A DNA stretch of 64,000 nt from Candidatus Sumerlaeota bacterium (GTDB lineage: Bacteria; Sumerlaeota; Sumerlaeia; MWCT01; JAUWMI01), in contig JAUWMI010000008.1 in NCBI GenBank assembly GCA_030613245.1, forward strand, positions 27,831 through 91,830, written 5' to 3'. Positions 56,143 through 64,000 of this stretch are shown here, one piece after another. The notes below the pieces were generated by a model that saw nothing but the letters and a program-made list of their open reading frames with translations, did not search any database and was not told the DNA's origin. The translations under genes were made by a program, and so were the position numbers. Within the stretch, counting starts at the first letter, position 1. Each line of letters begins with the position of its first letter.

Positions 56143-57681
56143 TCAGCTATTCTTCAGGCTCTGGCTCAGGTCCAGCCACGTAGATTTGCTATCTCGGGTC
56201 TTCTCGCGTAATGCTGTTCTCCAGCTCCCATTGTGACGAAGCGCGGCGAGGAGGAATTCCGATACAATGGGGCCGCCAAGCGAGAGCAGAGTTTGTGCAG
56301 CTGCCTGATGTGCACTTGGCATACTCAGCGTCACGTTGCTCAATCTACTCAGTTCGCGATGCAGCAGGCGTATGCGCTCTCGCAACGCCCGTATCCCCAT
56401 CATTCCATCCTTACTCAGCGGGGTACCAGATTTCGGGACAAAGATACCGACGTTAATAGACATCGTACCAATAGTTGTCTTTCTCCTGCTGGCGGCTGTA
56501 AAATGTTGGTGTAGCTGCTTAACCAGGGAGATAATGGAAAGGCACTGCTCGAGGCTTTCATTCGGAAGGCCAATGAGGAAGTAGAGCTTGACCGACGGGA
56601 TTCCCTGCTCAATGGCTTTTCTGATGAGCTGGATGATTTGTTCGTCGGCAACGGGTTTGCCAAGCGATCGGCGAAGCGCCTCATCGCCACTCTCCGGTGC
56701 AATGGTCAGAGTGCGCTGCTTACTCATGGCGAGAGCACGGAGGATGGTCGGCCCGATGTCTGCTACGTGGAGTGAAGAGAACGACAGGCGCACGCCTTTG
56801 CTCAAAGCGTAATCACACAGTGCTTCAATCTGTGGGTGTCGGCCAACCGCTGAGGATACAAGCCCAAATCGGTCTGTATATTGGCGATTCTGGTCAATGA
56901 TTGCCTGAATCTGCGCAAGCTCGTGGACGCGATAGGGGAGAGGAGAGTTTCCCGTGTAGCAGAACGTACATTTGTGCGGACAGCCACGCGCGATTTCGAT
57001 CAAGCACATGCTGGCAAATTCAGTATGCGGCGTAAAAATTACTGTCCTGCATGGTGGAGGAGTGAGGGGCGCAACGATATTGGGCTTCAGCGGGCAAGCG
57101 GTGTCCGGCCCGGGCCGTTGGGTTAGCGCCTGTGCGACGACAACTCCCGGAATCTTGGCGATCTCGGCCAAAAACTTTGATTTTTCTCCCTCCGACGATT
57201 GATACGCATCAATAAGCTGATCAATAACTCCTTCGCCATCGCCCAGCACCACCGCATCCACAAAGGGGACAATCGGATACGGATTCATGGTCACACTGAT
57301 TCCACCCGCAATGATAATCGGATAGCGGCCGCCGATGCGCTCGCTTGCAAACAGGGGAATACGGGCACGCTCGAGAACTTGCAGGAGATGCAGATAGTCA
57401 AGCTCAAAAGAGACGGAGAAAGCGATAAGATTAAAGTCAGTCAGCGGGCGCTGACTTTCCACGCTGACCAGCGGATCGAGATTCCAGAACACGCGCTCAC
57501 AAAGGCAATCTGATCGCCGATTCAGGCGCTCATAGATGAAGTGCACTCCTAGATTAGACATGCCGACAGCGTAGGTGTGGGGATAGACAAGCGCTACTGC
57601 ACATCCAATCCCGAACTGCTTGCGAATAGTGCCCAGCTCTGTTCTGAGTAAATGAGAAGGGTGTTGTGGGTTGAAAGGCAT
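56143..57681 (-). CDS. B12-binding-domain radical SAM protein
   Basis: 512 aa. CPHKCTFC (CxxxCxxC) cluster motif. N-terminal cobalamin-binding-like domain. Confidence 0.75.
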   Translation of the reverse strand: MPFNPQHPSHLLRTELGTIRKQFGIGCAVALVYPHTYAVGMSNLGVHFIYERLNRRSDCLCERVFWNLDPLVSVESQRPLTDFNLIAFSVSFELDYLHLLQVLERARIPLFASERIGGRYPIIIAGGISVTMNPYPIVPFVDAVVLGDGEGVIDQLIDAYQSSEGEKSKFLAEIAKIPGVVVAQALTQRPGPDTACPLKPNIVAPLTPPPCRTVIFTPHTEFASMCLIEIARGCPHKCTFCYTGNSPLPYRVHELAQIQAIIDQNRQYTDRFGLVSSAVGRHPQIEALCDYALSKGVRLSFSSLHVADIGPTILRALAMSKQRTLTIAPESGDEALRRSLGKPVADEQIIQLIRKAIEQGIPSVKLYFLIGLPNESLEQCLSIISLVKQLHQHFTAASRRKTTIGTMSINVGIFVPKSGTPLSKDGMMGIRALRERIRLLHRELSRLSNVTLSMPSAHQAAAQTLLSLGGPIVSEFLLAALRHNGSWRTALREKTRDSKSTWLDLSQSLKNS

Positions 57682-57746
57682 AGCTCACAGGGATCGTATA
57701 GAAAACAGCGAACAATCGGGAGAGCCGGCGTATGGCGGAGCTTCGG

Positions 57747-59063
57747 CTAACGGCTTGAGGCAATCTGGATTGTCAGCTCGCCTGACTGTTTGGTCCGTGT
57801 ATGAGAGGAATCAAGTACAGTTTCGCCCAGATAGGTAATATCAGTCGTTGGAAGGCGATTCCATTCGTTCTGAGCAAATGCTATGTCTGTCAGGTGAGCC
57901 GCAGCCTTCGCTCTGAATTTGATCTGTGCCAGAATTCCTGAAGGAAGCGTTAGATTTTCGGAGAGCCCCATGCGGTAGTCAATAGTTCCTAGTTGATTGT
58001 CAACCGTGTTCTTTATGTGATAATCAAACGGGTAAATACGATGTGCGATGTGGTCGTTAATATTCACGCCACGGCGAATCCAGTTGCTCCGATCCCAATC
58101 AATGACTTCCAGTTTTGTAGGGTCAAATTTGATTAAGAGGCGCACATTGTCAAACAAGATGGAGCTGGGATTGCCCAATCGTACATTAACGATAAATTCT
58201 TCGCCTATATTCACTTGCCTTTTCTCGCTGGACAGGCGCAGATGGAGGACTCCCTCGAACTGTTCGATCTGCCCAGCCGACAGCCCATAATAGTTACTGA
58301 CACGCGGGATCTTCGCGAGCTGAGAACGTTCTTTCACAATCATCACGCTGGCGGGAATGACTCCGTCGCTTGGATCGTAGGAAGCGCCGAGATGGTCTTT
58401 GTTCTTGTACGAGAGGACGGTGCTTGGCTCATCGAACAAAAAGCTGATCGGCGAGTAGCTTACTTCCTCCAAAGCGCGCCAAACAATTGTAAGCAGGGGA
58501 CGAGCGCCCAGTGGCTGCGCGGTTACTAATTGTCCGCCATAGATCAGCATGCCTGTGTCTTCTTCCACAAGAAATGTCGGCGGGGATGCCAGCAGGGGCC
58601 GAAGGAAGGTGTCATACACTGTAATCGGCTCGACGTACTTGGTATCGTAGCGAATCGTCATCCGAACATAATCAATCGGCTGCTCGCCCTTGTTAATGAT
58701 GTGCAAGTCTGTCACGAACTGCTCGCCGACCTTAACGAGCGTATCATACGGGTCGAAATAGAGAATAGTTTCAGTGGCCTTTGTAGGCAGTGTGACCATT
58801 GGAGCCGGGGCTCTTGCCACAGGTCGAGATTCCGCAGCGGTGCGCCGTCGCGACTGTTCCGATTCACGCCGGCGTTCCTCTTCTTGCTTTTGCCGCCGTT
58901 CCTCAATTATTTTTCTCAGGCGCTCCTCTTGCCGCTTGATGCGCTCTTCCCGCGACATCCGTGATAGCTCTTCCGCCGTAATCGCATGCGCCGGACAGAT
59001 TCCAAAGTGCCAAACCAGGAGCACTATTAATCCGCTTACAATAATGGACCACACCTGTTTCAT
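57747..59063 (-). CDS. Secreted protein with E/R-rich low-complexity region and two cohesin-like beta-sandwich domains
   Basis: Signal/anchor MKQVWSIIVSGLIVLLVWHFGICPAHA. ERRQKQEEERRRESEQSRRR charged segment. Two about 130-aa repeats (VKVGEQFVTDLHIINKGEQPIDYVRMTIRYD ; VNIGEEFIVNVRLGNPSSILFDNVRLLIKFD) resembling cohesin domains. Confidence 0.5.
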   Translation of the reverse strand: MKQVWSIIVSGLIVLLVWHFGICPAHAITAEELSRMSREERIKRQEERLRKIIEERRQKQEEERRRESEQSRRRTAAESRPVARAPAPMVTLPTKATETILYFDPYDTLVKVGEQFVTDLHIINKGEQPIDYVRMTIRYDTKYVEPITVYDTFLRPLLASPPTFLVEEDTGMLIYGGQLVTAQPLGARPLLTIVWRALEEVSYSPISFLFDEPSTVLSYKNKDHLGASYDPSDGVIPASVMIVKERSQLAKIPRVSNYYGLSAGQIEQFEGVLHLRLSSEKRQVNIGEEFIVNVRLGNPSSILFDNVRLLIKFDPTKLEVIDWDRSNWIRRGVNINDHIAHRIYPFDYHIKNTVDNQLGTIDYRMGLSENLTLPSGILAQIKFRAKAAAHLTDIAFAQNEWNRLPTTDITYLGETVLDSSHTRTKQSGELTIQIASSR

Positions 59064-59377
59064 ACTATCTCTATCTTCCTTCGCTGTCTGTATTTTTGTT
59101 GCTTTTCTGTTTTCTATGCCTTAACTTCTATATGATACTCCGAGTCGCTCGCCAGTCAAGCGAAATGCTACGTATCTGAGAAGACATACCATAGCCGATC
59201 TCGGATTTTCGCCAGAGAGGGCGAATGACGTCAATTATCAAAGGTACCGCTTGCACGAATCGCAATATTATTAGAATCCCTCAATTTAGACCTCTAATGT
59301 CAGACAAAGGTAAGATTTCTCACGCCGGGAATTGCACCGAAGGGCAGGTGCTCTTTCGGTTTAGTGCCTGTGAAGTG

Positions 59378-59764
59378 CTAGGGTACGGCGTTTACCGGAA
59401 TTACGGGAGTAATCTTCCTTTTTTGCCCGGCATACGAAATTGATTCGATATAGTAAAAATAGGTCTTCCCCAGCTCAAGGGGCTTGTCAACATATCGGTA
59501 ATACTCTTTGTCTTTACTTGTGGCTGCAGGGATTATATCTGCGTTAACGTGTGTGAATGGCCCTTGGGCACTCTCACCACGATAAATATTAAATCCGTAA
59601 ACATTGACGCCATGCTCGATTGGCCACTGAATGACCACCTGGCCCATTTTTGGTGGGCGAGGCAAAGCCGCTTGTTCTGTGCTGGGGGTGTGGCAAGCGC
59701 ACACAATGCTTGCCAATATTCCTACGAGGTAGAGCACTCTCGCGCCGGACGTTGTCACTTTCAC
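59378..59764 (-). CDS. Small secreted fibronectin-type-III-like protein (start uncertain, possibly GTG)
   Basis: Hydrophobic signal LYLVGILASIVCAC then FN3-like YGFNIYRGES...YYRYVD...YFYYIESISYAGQ. No ATG precedes the signal peptide and the upstream ORF-track extension is implausible, so boundaries are low confidence. Confidence 0.3.
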   Translation of the reverse strand: MKVTTSGARVLYLVGILASIVCACHTPSTEQAALPRPPKMGQVVIQWPIEHGVNVYGFNIYRGESAQGPFTHVNADIIPAATSKDKEYYRYVDKPLELGKTYFYYIESISYAGQKRKITPVIPVNAVP

Positions 59765-59870
59765 CCTGGACAAAGCACATGGACTTCGGCGCGAAATGAG
59801 CTCACGGCCACACGCGAATCGTTTGCCTCGTTTCCCGCTATATGTCTCAGCACTCATGCTCATCTTGTGG

Positions 59871-60359
59871 CTATTGTTCATCCGGCATTCCTTGCGTCCT
59901 GGCAAGAGCGGCGTTAATGTCGCCAAGCAACGCACGAATGTCTTTTGCTTCCTCAGGATCCTTGTTTATGGCGTTCTGCGCCAGTGCTTTTCCGCAAACC
60001 GTCTTGGCGTTAATGAGCTCGCCTCGGTCATAATATACTTTGGCCAGCCTCCGGTAGAGTTTAAAATATGTTGGCACAGCTTTGATGCCCTGCCGATAGG
60101 TCTGAATCGTTGCCGTTGTATTTCCTGAGTCGGCGTAGGCGTCTGCCAATCGCACGTACGCGCGGCGATACTGGGGATCGAGCTGAATAGTATTTTTGAA
60201 CGCCTTAATTGCCTCCGGGTATTCTCCCTCATACAGATATTGCTTACCCTGGCGGTGGGCTTTCTCCGCCGGACTCTTACATCCAGTCATCCATACAGAG
60301 CCAATACTGATCATAGCAAGCACTGCAATTATATATCGTCTTTTCCTCAGCCAGTTCAT
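59871..60359 (-). CDS. TPR-repeat lipoprotein
   Basis: ATG at 60357-60359 with AGGAGG upstream. Lipobox in MNWLRKRRYIIAVLAMISIGSVWMTGC. TPR-like repeats (YEGEYPEAIKAFKNTIQLDPQY...). Confidence 0.7.
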   Translation of the reverse strand: MNWLRKRRYIIAVLAMISIGSVWMTGCKSPAEKAHRQGKQYLYEGEYPEAIKAFKNTIQLDPQYRRAYVRLADAYADSGNTTATIQTYRQGIKAVPTYFKLYRRLAKVYYDRGELINAKTVCGKALAQNAINKDPEEAKDIRALLGDINAALARTQGMPDEQ

Positions 60360-60478
60360 TTGTTCCTCCTCTGGATTGCTGACATTGCTTTCGCCATCAC
60401 ATTTTTCTTTGCTGCAAAACCGAGCAAGCACCAGCACACTTTAGTATTGTCAAGACACTAAAGAGAGGCCGGGGCGCG

Positions 60479-63895
<3,417 letters not shown>

Positions 63896-64000
63896 ACTCG
63901 CGTCCGGTTAGCTTTTTTAGCATTTTAGCGGCTTGCTTACGGATTACAGCACTCTTGTTCTGCAGAGCTTTTTCCCACATGCGAATCTCCTCCGTATCCA

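Overview
This is a 64 kb bacterial chromosomal window at roughly 50-55% GC. It contains no rRNA or CRISPR and one tRNA, tRNA-Gly(UCC). Gene content suggests a diderm (Gram-negative-type) organism: periplasmic SurA-like chaperone, lipoproteins, T2SS/T4P pseudopilins.

The window is dominated by two type IV filament (T4P/T2SS-class) loci on the minus strand:
- Locus 1 (72-10655): pilB - pilT - gspE-like - gspF - gspH - gspI - gspJ - gspK. The GspK-like gene carries a lamin-tail (LTD) domain.
- Locus 2 (33277-38596): pilV - pilW - pilX-like - pilB2 - pilC2. It is followed on the same strand by a coiled-coil protein, an SPFH protein with a double zinc ribbon, and a 2-TM protein.
- The window holds four PilB/GspE/PilT-family ATPases and no major pilin, secretin or prepilin peptidase.

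The remaining genes are housekeeping and surface-protein genes:
- Housekeeping genes include a thiE-thiC-thiL-larC operon with no recognisable TPP riboswitch, glnE, asd, ligA, pcm, an amidohydrolase, a radical-SAM enzyme and an MBL hydrolase.
- Large surface and secreted proteins include a 1602-aa modular beta-helix protein with Ca-binding linkers, a 966-aa vWA protein, a GHL10+NHL protein, an LTD/LamG secreted protein with a strong promoter, and a cohesin-like two-domain protein.

The most unusual feature is at 45701-46277. A low-GC gene for a four-helix-bundle protein of the 23S-rRNA-intervening-sequence protein family sits precisely between two inverted arrays of a degenerate 8-bp tandem repeat (11 and 14 units). 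This cassette lies in a protein-coding intergenic region, directly after a strong terminator and directly before the RBS of a surA-like gene. It looks like an IVS-like or mobile hairpin cassette that has not, to my knowledge, been described in this context.

A second repeat-rich region with two perfect hairpins fills the pilV-pilW intergenic space.
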